Assembly (NCBI RefSeq): GCF_000281045.1
Contig: NW_008246149.1
Location: 1 to 41,727, forward strand
From: Saprolegnia diclina VS20
Taxonomy: Eukaryota
Reading direction: 5' to 3'
DNA length: 41,727 nt
Shown here one piece after another: positions 1 to 9,472 of the stretch. Made by a program: the position numbers and the translations under genes. The notes beneath the pieces are model-generated. The model had not been told where the DNA came from. It saw only the letters and a program-made list of their open reading frames with translations, and did no database searches. Position 1 is the first letter of the stretch; the number at the start of each line of letters is the position of its first letter.

Positions 1-1181
1 GGTGTTTCCGAAGACGTTGTGAGTCGGTTCCGCGACTTCCACCTCCTTGTCGACTTTGAACCGACGCGAGGGCGAGTACGAGGGCGTCTACTGTCTTGAC
101 CCAGGGCTCTTTCTCACCTCATACCGTCACCAAGACGACCCTGATACGGAGCCCGATGTCCTCACCACGGAAGAGCTCTACCTCAATTTCCACAACACGC
201 GGGACCCTCGCTTTCTGCTGCACTTGGCGATCCTCGAAGGCGATCTGGCGGCGACCACAAGCATCTTGCGCTGCCGTCCCGACCTCGCGTACCAAGAGGC
301 CATCCAAGCTGCGATTCACCACGACCATCTCGACATCGGCACGTACCCCTTGGAGCAGCGGGTGACGCGTGTGCCAGAGCTCAACCGCAACTTTGAAGCC
401 GAGTTCCGCGGTCGACCGTCGCGGCTTCTCGACGACTGCCTGCCCAATTGCCGCTCAACACTCTACAAGAACGACGCGTCCATTTTGGCACTGCTTTGGG
501 CGCATCGGCAACGCGATTGGGACAGCAACGATCTCGCCCGTACAGCGCTTGAGCTCAATGCGTTTGACGCACTCGGGTTTTTGTCTGAGCATCTGCCGAC
601 GTCGGCGCTTCATGGCCTCTTTGATGCAGTGGCTCGGAAATGCCGTTAGCCTTTGGTCAAGACTCTACACGCTCGCGGACTCGCCTGCACAACCGATGCC
701 ATGGATCAGGCTGCCACCAACGGCCATTTCGACGTCGTGACCTTCTTACACGAGAAGTGAAGTGAAGGCTGTTCGACGGAGGCCATGGACTGCGCTGCCA
801 CCAACGGCCACCTCGACGTCACCACCTTCTTACATGAGAAGTGAAGGCTGCACGATAGCAGCGCTCAGTGGAGCGGCAGCCGAAGGCTACCTTGATGCCG
901 TTCAGTTTCTCGTGGCGCACCGTGACGGGGGCGCGTCGCCTGAAATACTGGACACCGCGGCCGCCAACGGCCATCTGAACGTTGTCAAATATCAGGACGA
1001 GCTCGGGCGTTTTGCGTGCACGACTGCCGCCGTCGACAAAGCCGCAGAGAACGGGCATCTCGACGTCGTGGACTACCTCTTGACGCACCGACACGAAGGG
1101 GGGAGCCGGGACGGAGCCCCGCAAGGAGCCCTTGATCACGGTCACATTGAGATCGTCCAGCGCCTTGTCGCGGCGGGCTAG
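1..1181 (+). pseudogene. Disrupted ankyrin-repeat gene, tandem copy 1 (5' end outside the window)
   Basis: Aligns with 2100-3314 at an offset of ~2100. Ankyrin-like motifs such as AAANGHLNVV and AAENGHLDVVDYL are present. Relative to copy 2 it has a frameshift near 67, an in-frame TAG at 647-649 (TTG in copy 2), TGA at 758-760 (CGA in copy 2), a short deletion near 835-845 and TAG at 1179-1181. Confidence 0.8.
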
Positions 1182-1209
1182 ACCCCTTCCGACCACCAGT
1201 GGCGGCATC

Positions 1210-1918
1210 ATGAGTGTGATCCGCAAGCCAAATGCCCTCGCCCCCCTGCTGCTCTACGTCGCCCAAGGTATCGCGCTGCCATCCTCGTGGGCAAACGATG
1301 CGCGAGACCATGGCAGCGCCGACGTCGCTGAGTTCTACTTCCAACACGCGCCAGAGACAAACAACGTTGCGGCCCCAAGTTTCCCGTTCCAGTACTATGG
1401 CCTGGATGAAATCCAGAGAGCGCTATGGGACGAAGACTTGGACTTGGTCTCGGAGCTCTGGACGCGTCGGCCAGAGCTGCGCCACGACTACTTGCTCGAG
1501 TTTGTCGTATGCAACATCCAGTCGCCCAAAGCCCTTACGCTCCTCCTCGATGCGGGCATCGGTCAACCTCGGACTGTCGCTGTCGAGAACATCCACCGTC
1601 GCAGCTTTGAGATGATGAAGATTCTTCTGCCGTACTGTCTGCCCCCGAACGACCCGATGGACAACCTCATATTCCTTGTCGAGTGGGTGCATAAGCGGTC
1701 CAGCTCCTATACCAAGTCATTCCTGGTGTTTCTCAAGGCCGAGATGATCGCTCAAGCGACGGCAGCCAACTGTCGCTACATTCACGCCGGCACCGAGATC
1801 GAGGCGCTCACGGAACGCTTCTGGAGCGCGGCGCGACCACGTCGTACCTTCAACCCGAGTATCAGGGCATGCAGCACCGGGCCCTCTTTAAGTCGGGCAT
1901 TGCGGACTGGGGCCTCGC
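1210..1918 (+). pseudogene. Uncharacterised ORF downstream of the ankyrin ORF, copy 1; frameshifted near 1817 and running into the gap
   Basis: MSVIRKPNALAPLLLYVAQGIALPSSWAND... is highly similar to ORF 3311-4084. A 1-nt deletion (acggaacgcttc vs acggaagcgcttc) shifts the frame. This lesion could be a sequencing error near the contig end. Confidence 0.6.
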
Positions 1919-2018
1919 NNNNNNNNNNNNNNNNNNNNNNNNNNNNNNNNNNNNNNNNNNNNNNNNNNNNNNNNNNNNNNNNNNNNNNNNNNNNNNNNNN
2001 NNNNNNNNNNNNNNNNNN
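1919..2018. other. Assembly gap (100 N)
   Basis: Run of exactly 100 N, typical of a placeholder gap of unknown size. ORF-track entries that span it are artefacts. Confidence 0.99.
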
Positions 2019-3314
2019 CTTTGGCCAACTCACCAATACTTCGTCGACGCGGTGCTGCACCAGCGCGAGCTGTTTGCCGTCGTCACTGGCTACCAGGATG
2101 GCGTCTGCCAAGGCGCCGCGACTCGATTCCGCGACTTCCACCACCTTGTCGACTTTGAAGCGACGCAGGGCCAGTACGAGGGCGTCTACTTGCTCGACCC
2201 AGGGCTCTTCCGCACCTCGTACCGTGAATGGAACAACCCAGATGCGCCGCCCGATGCTCTCACCACGGAAGAGCTCTACCTCAATTTGCACAACACGCGG
2301 GACCCTCGCTTCCCGCTGCACTTGGCGATACTCGAAGGCGATCTGGCGGCGACCACAAGCATCTTGCGCTGCCGCCCCGACCTCGCGTACCAAGAGGCTA
2401 TCGAAGCTGCGATTCACCACGACCATCTCGACATCGCCACGTACCTCTTGGAGCAGCGGGCGACGCGTGTGCCAGAGCTCAACCGCAACTTTGAAGACGA
2501 GTTCCGCGGTCGGCCGTCGCGGCTTCTCGACGACTGGCTGCCTTCTTGCCACTCGACGCTCTACAAGAACGACGTGTCCATTTTGGCGCTACTCTGGGCG
2601 CACCGGCAACGCGATTGGGACAGCAACGACGTCGCACGTGCAGCGCTCGGGTTCAACGCGTTTGACGTACTTGGGTTTTTGATTGAGCACCTGCCGACGT
2701 CGGCGCTTCATGGCCTCTTTGACGCGGTGGCTGGGCAAGGCCATTTGTCTTTGGTCGAGGCATTGCACGCTCGCGGACTCGACTGCACAACCGAAGCCAT
2801 GGACAACGCCGCTGCCAACGGCCACCTCGATGTCGTCATCTTCTTACACGAGAAGCGAGCTGAAGGCTGCACGACCGAAGCCATGGACAACGCCGCTGCC
2901 AACGGCCACCTCGACGTCGTCATCTTCTTACACGAGAAGAGAAGTGAAGGCTGCACGATGGCAGCGCTCAGTGGAGCGGCAGCCGAAGGACACTTGGGCA
3001 TTGTCCGATTTCTCGTGGCGCACTGTGACGAGGGCGCGTCGCCTGACGCACTGGACACCGCGGCCGCCAACGGCCATCTAAACGTTGTCATCCATCTGGA
3101 CGAGCTCGGGCGTCTTGCGTGCTCGCCCGCCGCTGTCAACGAAGCCGCAAAGAACGGGCATCTCGATGTCGTGGACTATCTCTTGACGCTTCGACGCGAA
3201 GGCGGAAGCCGAGACAGTGTCGTGCAAGGAGCCCTTGATCACAGTCACATTGAGATCGTCCAGCGTCTTGTCGAGGCGGGCTACCCCTTCCGACCACCAG
3301 TGGCGGCATCATGA
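2019..3314 (+). CDS. Ankyrin-repeat protein, tandem copy 2 (5' start probably inside the gap)
   Basis: Open frame from LWPTHQYFVDAVLHQRELFAVVTGYQDG to a run of ~5-6 ankyrin-like repeats (CTTEAMDNAAANGHLDVVIFLHEKR x2, AAAEGHLGIVRFL, AAANGHLNVV, AAKNGHLDVVDYL). Confidence 0.8.
   Translation, partial: LWPTHQYFVDAVLHQRELFAVVTGYQDGVCQGAATRFRDFHHLVDFEATQGQYEGVYLLDPGLFRTSYREWNNPDAPPDALTTEELYLNLHNTRDPRFPLHLAILEGDLAATTSILRCRPDLAYQEAIEAAIHHDHLDIATYLLEQRATRVPELNRNFEDEFRGRPSRLLDDWLPSCHSTLYKNDVSILALLWAHRQRDWDSNDVARAALGFNAFDVLGFLIEHLPTSALHGLFDAVAGQGHLSLVEALHARGLDCTTEAMDNAAANGHLDVVIFLHEKRAEGCTTEAMDNAAANGHLDVVIFLHEKRSEGCTMAALSGAAAEGHLGIVRFLVAHCDEGASPDALDTAAANGHLNVVIHLDELGRLACSPAAVNEAAKNGHLDVVDYLLTLRREGGSRDSVVQGALDHSHIEIVQRLVEAGYPFRPPVAAS
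2783..2950 (+). repeat. Near-perfect 84-bp internal tandem repeat encoding two 28-aa ankyrin-like units
   Basis: ctgcac(a/g)accgaagccatggacaacgccgctgccaacggccacctcga... starts at 2783 and again at 2867. Confidence 0.9.
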
Positions 3315-4084
3315 ATGCGATCCGCAAGCCAAATGCCCTGGCCCTCCTGCTGCTCTACGTCGCCCAAGGTGTCGCGCTGCCATCGTCGTGGGCAAACGAT
3401 GTGCGGGACCATGGCAGCGCCGACGTCGTTGCGTTCTGCTTCCAACACACGCCAGAGACAAACAACGCTGTGGCCCCAGATACCCGGTTCCAGTACTATG
3501 GCCTGGATGAAATCCGGACAGCGCTCTCCAACGAAGATTTTGAGTTGGTCTTGGAGCTCTGGACGCGTCAGCCAGAGCTGCGCCACGACTACTTGCTCGA
3601 GGTTGTCGTAAGCAACAACCAGTCGCCCAAAGCCCTTACGCTCCTCCTCGAAGCTGGCGTCGGGCAACCACAGAATGTCGCTGTCGAGAACACCCACCGT
3701 CGCAGCTTTGAGATGCTGAAGATTCTTCTGCCGTTCTGTCTGCCCCCGAACGACCCGATGGGCAACCTCGTCTTCCTCGTCGAGTGGGTGCATAAGCGGT
3801 CCAGCTCCTATACCAAGTCATTCCTGCTGCTACTGAAGGCTGAGATGATCGCTCAAGCGACGGCGGCCAACTGCCGCTACATTCACGCCGGCACCGAGAT
3901 CGAGGCGCTCACGGAAGCGCTTCTGGAGCGCGGCGCGACCACGTCGTACCTTCAACCAGAGGTTCGGGGCATGCAGCAACAGGTGCTCTTCAAGTCGGGC
4001 ATTGCGGACTGGGGCCTCGCGACGCTCTTGGTGCACGTCCTCTCGGTCGACGCAGATACGCTCATGGAGGTGCTCCTTGCGTAG
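3311..4084 (+). CDS. Uncharacterised 257-aa ORF, either a separate gene or the frameshifted C-terminal half of the ankyrin gene
   Basis: Coding-like composition and conserved between both tandem copies. Its ATG overlaps the ankyrin stop codon (ATGA at 3311-3314). No recognisable domain. Confidence 0.55.
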   Translation: MNAIRKPNALALLLLYVAQGVALPSSWANDVRDHGSADVVAFCFQHTPETNNAVAPDTRFQYYGLDEIRTALSNEDFELVLELWTRQPELRHDYLLEVVVSNNQSPKALTLLLEAGVGQPQNVAVENTHRRSFEMLKILLPFCLPPNDPMGNLVFLVEWVHKRSSSYTKSFLLLLKAEMIAQATAANCRYIHAGTEIEALTEALLERGATTSYLQPEVRGMQQQVLFKSGIADWGLATLLVHVLSVDADTLMEVLLA

Positions 4085-4714
4085 CTCGAAATGGTGACCA
4101 ATGAGGATCTCAAAGCGCATCTGCAGCACCTACTTGCGGAAGCGGTGACGCCAATGCCCTCGCCGCTGCCAAGGCCGCCTTTGCAGCTGACACGTCCGCG
4201 TGGTTGGCTGCATTCAACAGCTAATCGTGCACACTTAGTACCCGTGCTTTCCTTTAGGCTATGCATACAAACATTATTAGGAGTGTATGTTTATATAACA
4301 CGCAGATGGTCTACACCGACGACTCCAATGCAAAATACCCTATTATTCTTTGCTGGTACTATTGTTGCTGCTGTTCGTCCGGAAAACTAGGGTTAGGTTC
4401 ATAACTAGGGTTCGGGTTTTAGCAAGTAAATTCAATCGTGTTTTCGTACTAAGTTATTGATCGCTGTGAACTGCGACCGAAGGGACATGTGTTGTGGACT
4501 CTGCCACCCGACAAAGTCGAGCACATGCACCTCGAGGTCCGTCGCACTGGTCGCATCTGCCCATGACGCGTCGTCGTCATCGGCATCATCCCCATTCTCA
4601 TCGTCGTCATCTTCTACTTGGGTTCGAGTACAGTGGGGGGATTGGCTACGGTCACAGACAATGTGTCCACTTTGAAAACGACATACTTTGTCAGACACAA
4701 CGTACGCGACAGCT

Positions 4715-5538
4715 TCATTGCGCGGCGGCACTCGAACGATGCGTCGTGGCCGGTACCCTAACCTCCACCTCAGAAATCATTTCAATTTGTGTCAAGCCAC
4801 CTGAGGGCGGCGCCGGCGGACGCTTGATGAACGTGACGTATTCCATGTGGTCGACGTCGACGCCGTACATGGCGCTCCAGTGCTCGAGCTTGCGCTTGAG
4901 TGCGGCGGGCACAGCCGTAATGGCCTGACCCGCGCCGGGCGACAAGAGCATCTCGACGCTCTTGCCGTTGATCGACGAATGCGACTCTTGGCGGCACTTG
5001 AGCTTGTTTGCAATGTCGTGGAGCTTGTTGACTTTCTGCACGAGGGGGCTGGCGGACGAGTGTCGCTTGGGAAGCGCCGGGATCGACTTGGGCTTCTCGG
5101 GCGCCTTGATAGGCGTCATGTCGAGCGTCCGGCGCGTCGTCGAGGCCGCAAAATCCATCTTGATGGCCTGAAAGTACGACGGATCGTTGAAGAGCATCTT
5201 CCACCTGCAGATGTCGGCGATTCCATCTATCCCATTGCGCGAGAATGTACCGTTCGTGGCACTGCCGCCCGCTCTTGTGCGGAAAGTGCGAGCCGATTTC
5301 GTTCCAGTTCTTCGTGCCGAGGCCGTACACAAGCGCCAACAGCTTCTTGTCGTCCTACACAATGCTAGCTGGAAGATGCTTCTTACGGCGGTCGCGTTCG
5401 CACCTCTGGCGGCCAGTAGCTTTTGCCACTTGTCGCGGCGCTCTACATAGACCGAGTCAATGCTATCCAAGGCTCGCTTGGATCGTCGCCTACGTGTTGC
5501 TTCTCATGCTTGGCCATGGTCCTATTTGGTGTCATCAT
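4715..5538 (-). CDS. Myb/SANT single-repeat DNA-binding protein (at least 4 exons)
   Basis: Joining exons 5538-5494, 5442-5404, 5354-5251 and 5204-4715 (all GT-AG introns) gives GKSYWPPEDDKKLLALVYGLGTKNWNEIGSHFPHKSGRQCHERWKM, a typical Myb repeat with three spaced Trp. The 3' end could extend through further exons to ~4430. Confidence 0.8.
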
Positions 5539-7623
5539 GAGGCGCAGGCCAGAGCAATCGCGTCGTCCGACCTCGCCGTCGTTTTGCGCTCGCTGGGCCC
5601 ACACACGCCGGGTGGCGGCCAGTTTTCCTTGTCGGCGCCTATCACTGCGCATGTTCGCCGTCCGGTGCTGGACCATCGCGGCCTCGTACCCCGCGCCTGC
5701 ATGTCCATGGCCACGGCTTCTGCTCGCCGTCGCAACGTCCAAAATGGCACTCCGTCTTTTTATTTTACCCCGTCCATACAAACCCCAAGCTTGGATTTGC
5801 GGGCTCGGTGCTGGATACGGGCTCGTTTATCCGAACGATGGCGCGAAATTCAAAATCAGCTGGCCCGTCCCGCCCTTGCGGCGCGACTTGGCGCGCAAGC
5901 GGGCTCCTTACACCTTGTAGAAGGCCCAGATGGCTACACGAGTCCATCACGGCCGCTTTGCGGCCTTGGCGGTAAAGGCGGCTGAGACGGAAGCGCCTCG
6001 TATCAGGATCCCAGCTGCACTGACTTGATTGAAGTCCATGGCAAGGATGGCTGAAGCCTCCGAGGCCAAGCTTCCAGTGTCCAGACTGCGTGTATCTAAG
6101 CGCAGTGCTATCGTTGACGACCTAGGCTTCGACGTGGCAGTCAAATGCAAGCGAGCGTCGGTCGGTCTGGGTCGAGATACCGTATAATCGGGAGGTGCGA
6201 CGGTAGATCCCACCCTGTATTTGGCGCCGTGCCACCCTGTGGAAGCTTTGTGACGACTGAAGCATCATCGTTCGACGACCATCATCGTCGCTGTTCATGA
6301 AGAGTGCGGCATCGAGCCCAAATGTCAACCAAAGCCATGTCTTTCTCCAGTGTAGCACTAAGACCCTAGTCATTTGGGTACGACGCTCGATGTCTGTCTG
6401 TCGATCAGTGTGCTACGACTGGTATCTTGAACCACGTGAGCGACCGAACATTGCAGGCAACTGGAGGCAAGGAGACCCAATGTAAAGCTGCTGGCGTCGT
6501 GCTGCAAAGCGCCGTCCGAATTGAATCGAAACTAATTGGACGTTCAAGGAGGCCATCAACTTACGTCCCGCGGTCAATGCACCTTGGAAGCGGACCAGGA
6601 AATCATGTGGGACCGCATTGAGCAACGCGGCTACGGTGCGCGCTTAGCCACCGTGCGCGTTGGTGTTATGGCAAACTTTGTGCATTCGCGTTGGTGGCAC
6701 TGACACTGAGCGAGTTTGCTTCCCACAAGAGTCGAGCAGCACCAATACCGGAAGCCATGGCGCGGCACCGTGGCGGGAGATGTGCTCGATCGCCGCCGCC
6801 GGATCGGCGTCTTTGACCAGATCCCTTCAATGGTAGATACCGAATCGTGGAAATTGCACCGCGATTGCTCGGACAGCAATGGAAAATTGCTTTCTCAACG
6901 CACTGGAGAGAGGCAACCGAAAGCCTCGCAGCTGGGACAAGTGCGCAACTGCGGGAGTTCGAGATGCTCTAGAGAGGGTCGGACCAAAGGTAGCACAAAA
7001 GGCCGTTGCCAAGTCCACGATGCGTCCCTGGGCGTCTTGTCAAAATGTTGTGCTGGGCGCAATCGTGGGCTCAAACATTGCGAGTGCGTAGCACTGGTCA
7101 AAAACAGAACGACCCTCACAATACGAGCAATTGAACAGGATCGCAGACCGGTACTGCCCAAAATAGTAGCGTTTACCTGTGTTTAGTGACCACGCAAACG
7201 TCCTTCCGACCTTGCCAGAGCGAGCAAGCACAGCCCAGAAGCCCACGGATGTCGACGACAAGAGGGAGGATGACGCCGCGATGTCGCCTTCTTGGAGGGT
7301 ACACAGCCTTGGGCGCCCGATCCCCTGCTTCGTTGATGTTCGGACGTATATTTCCGTTAGAAAAACGGCAATTTCAGCCCCTTCACACATTGCTTGCATG
7401 AACGCTCAGCGCAGTGCGTCGACATGGACGCGCTAAAGGGGCCATTTGAAGTTGTACGCTCTTGGTAGCCCCACAGCTTTTCCTATGCCGCGGGTGCGAT
7501 CGTCCGAGCACGCGAGATAGCAGTCGGAGTAGTGGAAATATACGCTATGTAGTGTTTCGTATGCAGAAAAACGGGAATTTGATCATCGTGGGGCCGGAAG
7601 ATTTATTTTCGGATTTCCTCACA

Positions 7624-9210
7624 ATGACGCAAGCCCACATCCGCATCCTCGGCGCGCAGCCGGCCGAGTACGCCGAGATCTTGTCGCCGGACGCGCTGCG
7701 CTTCGTGGCGTACCTCCATGAGGCCTTCGAGGGCCGGCGCCAGGCGCTGCTGCAGGCGCGCGTCCAGCGCCAGAAAGAGCTCGACGCCGGCGTCTTCCCG
7801 AGCTTCTTGCCCGAGACCAAGTACATTCGCGAGAGCGAGTGGAAGGTCGCGTCGATTCCCAAGGACCTTGAAGACCGCCGCGTCGAGATCACGGGCCCCG
7901 TGGACCGCAAGATGGTCATCAACGGCCTCAACTCGGGCGCCAAGTGCTACATGGCGGACCTCGAGGACTCGTCGTCGCCGACGTGGGCGACGATCGTGTC
8001 GGGCCAAATCAACCTGCGCGACGCGGTCCGCCGCACGATCTCGTACGACCACCCGACGACGGGCAAGAAGTATACGCTCAACGCGACGACGGCGACGCTC
8101 CTTGTGCGCCCGCGCGGGTGGCATCTCGACGAAGCGCACGTCACGATCCACGGCCAAGTCGTCTCGGGCTCGCTCTTTGACTTTGGCTTGTACTTTTTCC
8201 ACAACGTCCACGAGCTCCGCCTCCGCGGGTCGGCGCCGTACTTTTACCTCCCCAAGCTCGAGTCGCACCTCGAGGCGCGGCTCTGGAACGACGTGTTTGT
8301 GGCAGCGCAAAAGTACCTTGCGGTGCCCGTGGGCACGATCCGCGCGACGGTCCTCATCGAGACGCTCCTTGCCGGCTACGAGATGGACGAGATCCTCTTT
8401 GAGCTCAAGGAGCACTCGAGCGGCCTCAACTGCGGGCGCTGGGACTACATCTTTTCGTTCATCAAGAAGCTGCGCAACCACAAGGCGTTTGTGCTGCCGG
8501 ACCGCGCCGCCGTGGGCATGACGACGCCCTTCATGGCCTCGTACGTCCAGCTGCTCATCCACACGTGCCACCGCCGCGGCGCGCACGCGATGGGCGGCAT
8601 GGCCGCGCAGATTCCGGTCAAGAACGACCCGGCGCTCAACGACAAGTTTATGGCCGCCGTCCGCGACGACAAGCTCCGCGAAGCCAAGGCGGGCCACGAC
8701 GGCACGTGGGTCGCGCACCCGGGGCTTGTCAAGATCGCGATGGACGTCTTCAACGAGGTCATGCCGACGCCGCATCAGATCGCCAAAGTGCAAGCACCGT
8801 CGTCGCCCGTGACAGCGGCCGACCTCATTGCCGTACCGACGGGCCCGATCACGACCGCAGGCCTCGAAGAAAACGTCGACGTCGCGCTCGTCTACACGGA
8901 GGCGTGGCTGCGCGGCAACGGCTGCATCCCGCTGCACAACAAGATGGAAGACGCGGCGACGGCCGAGATCTCCCGCGCCCAAGTGTGGCAGTGGCTCCGC
9001 CATGGCATGGCCACCGAGGACAAGGCGCTTGTCACGAAAGCGCGCGTGCTCGCCATTTTGGCCACGTGCACGGCGACCCGGGGCGCCGCCGCGCCTGCCG
9101 GCCACAAGTACCAGCTCGCGCACGACGTGCTCTTGACGGCGCTCGCGGGCGACGTGTTTGACGAATTCTTGACGCTGCCGTGCTACCCCCACGTCGTCTC
9201 ACTCGCGTAA
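7624..9210 (+). CDS. MLS: Malate synthase (MSA type, glyoxylate cycle), intronless
   Basis: Motifs [93 protein letters not shown] and [17 protein letters not shown]. The likely ATG is 7624 rather than the ORF-track start. Confidence 0.97.
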   Translation: MTQAHIRILGAQPAEYAEILSPDALRFVAYLHEAFEGRRQALLQARVQRQKELDAGVFPSFLPETKYIRESEWKVASIPKDLEDRRVEITGPVDRKMVINGLNSGAKCYMADLEDSSSPTWATIVSGQINLRDAVRRTISYDHPTTGKKYTLNATTATLLVRPRGWHLDEAHVTIHGQVVSGSLFDFGLYFFHNVHELRLRGSAPYFYLPKLESHLEARLWNDVFVAAQKYLAVPVGTIRATVLIETLLAGYEMDEILFELKEHSSGLNCGRWDYIFSFIKKLRNHKAFVLPDRAAVGMTTPFMASYVQLLIHTCHRRGAHAMGGMAAQIPVKNDPALNDKFMAAVRDDKLREAKAGHDGTWVAHPGLVKIAMDVFNEVMPTPHQIAKVQAPSSPVTAADLIAVPTGPITTAGLEENVDVALVYTEAWLRGNGCIPLHNKMEDAATAEISRAQVWQWLRHGMATEDKALVTKARVLAILATCTATRGAAAPAGHKYQLAHDVLLTALAGDVFDEFLTLPCYPHVVSLA

Positions 9211-9355
9211 ACAGCAAAGAACTGACGTCGCTTCTAACTATCCAACTGGATATATACTCTATCGCACAGGGTTGGAGTCGGTATCCAACGCCTTCAGCTA
9301 CGTGGTGGCCTTGGTCGTATGTGGCGGCACCGCTGCTGTCCGTTGTCATTCCTCA

Positions 9356-9456
9356 ACAGATAGATCAACAGATAGATAGATACGTAGATAGATAGATGGA
9401 TAGATGGATAGATATATCCGAAATGATGCAAAGCCATGTATTATAGATAGATAGAT
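9356..9456. repeat. Imperfect (GATA)n microsatellite between the convergent malate synthase and TRRAP genes
   Basis: agatagatcaacagatagatagatacgtagatagatagatggatagatggatagat, plus tatagatagatagatg at ~9442-9457. Confidence 0.85.
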
Positions 9457-9472
9457 GTACACAAGCACACGA

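Larger units (their letters stand above)
1..4084 (+). repeat. Direct tandem duplication with a ~2.1 kb unit (copy 1 = 1-1918, copy 2 = ~2020-4084)
   Basis: Long near-identical stretches, e.g. ctcaccacggaagagctctacctcaattt at ~161 and ~2260. The second-ORF ATGs lie at 1210 and 3311 (offset 2101). True spacing is unknown because of the gap. Confidence 0.95.

Noticed and set aside
3281..3295. Programmed -1 frameshift site at the ankyrin/partner junction
   Set aside because: C CCC TTC does not fit the canonical X XXY YYZ slippery heptamer, and I saw no clear stimulatory structure. It is kept only as an untested option in the first finding.
1132..3314. ORF-track entries 1132-2682, 1782-2552 and 1869-3314 spanning the N run
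   Set aside because: They read through an assembly gap of unknown length and join unrelated frames. Only the flanking parts are meaningful.
7462..7623. N-terminal extensions of malate synthase, enolase (38597-38791) and MRPL28 (41227-41478) in the ORF track
   Set aside because: They run through AT-richer promoter-like DNA, including the enolase INR/FPR element, and lack coding bias. The downstream ATGs match the family N-termini.
7603..9192. 529-aa antisense ORF over malate synthase
   Set aside because: Shadow ORF caused by strong GC3 codon bias, with no protein-like motifs.
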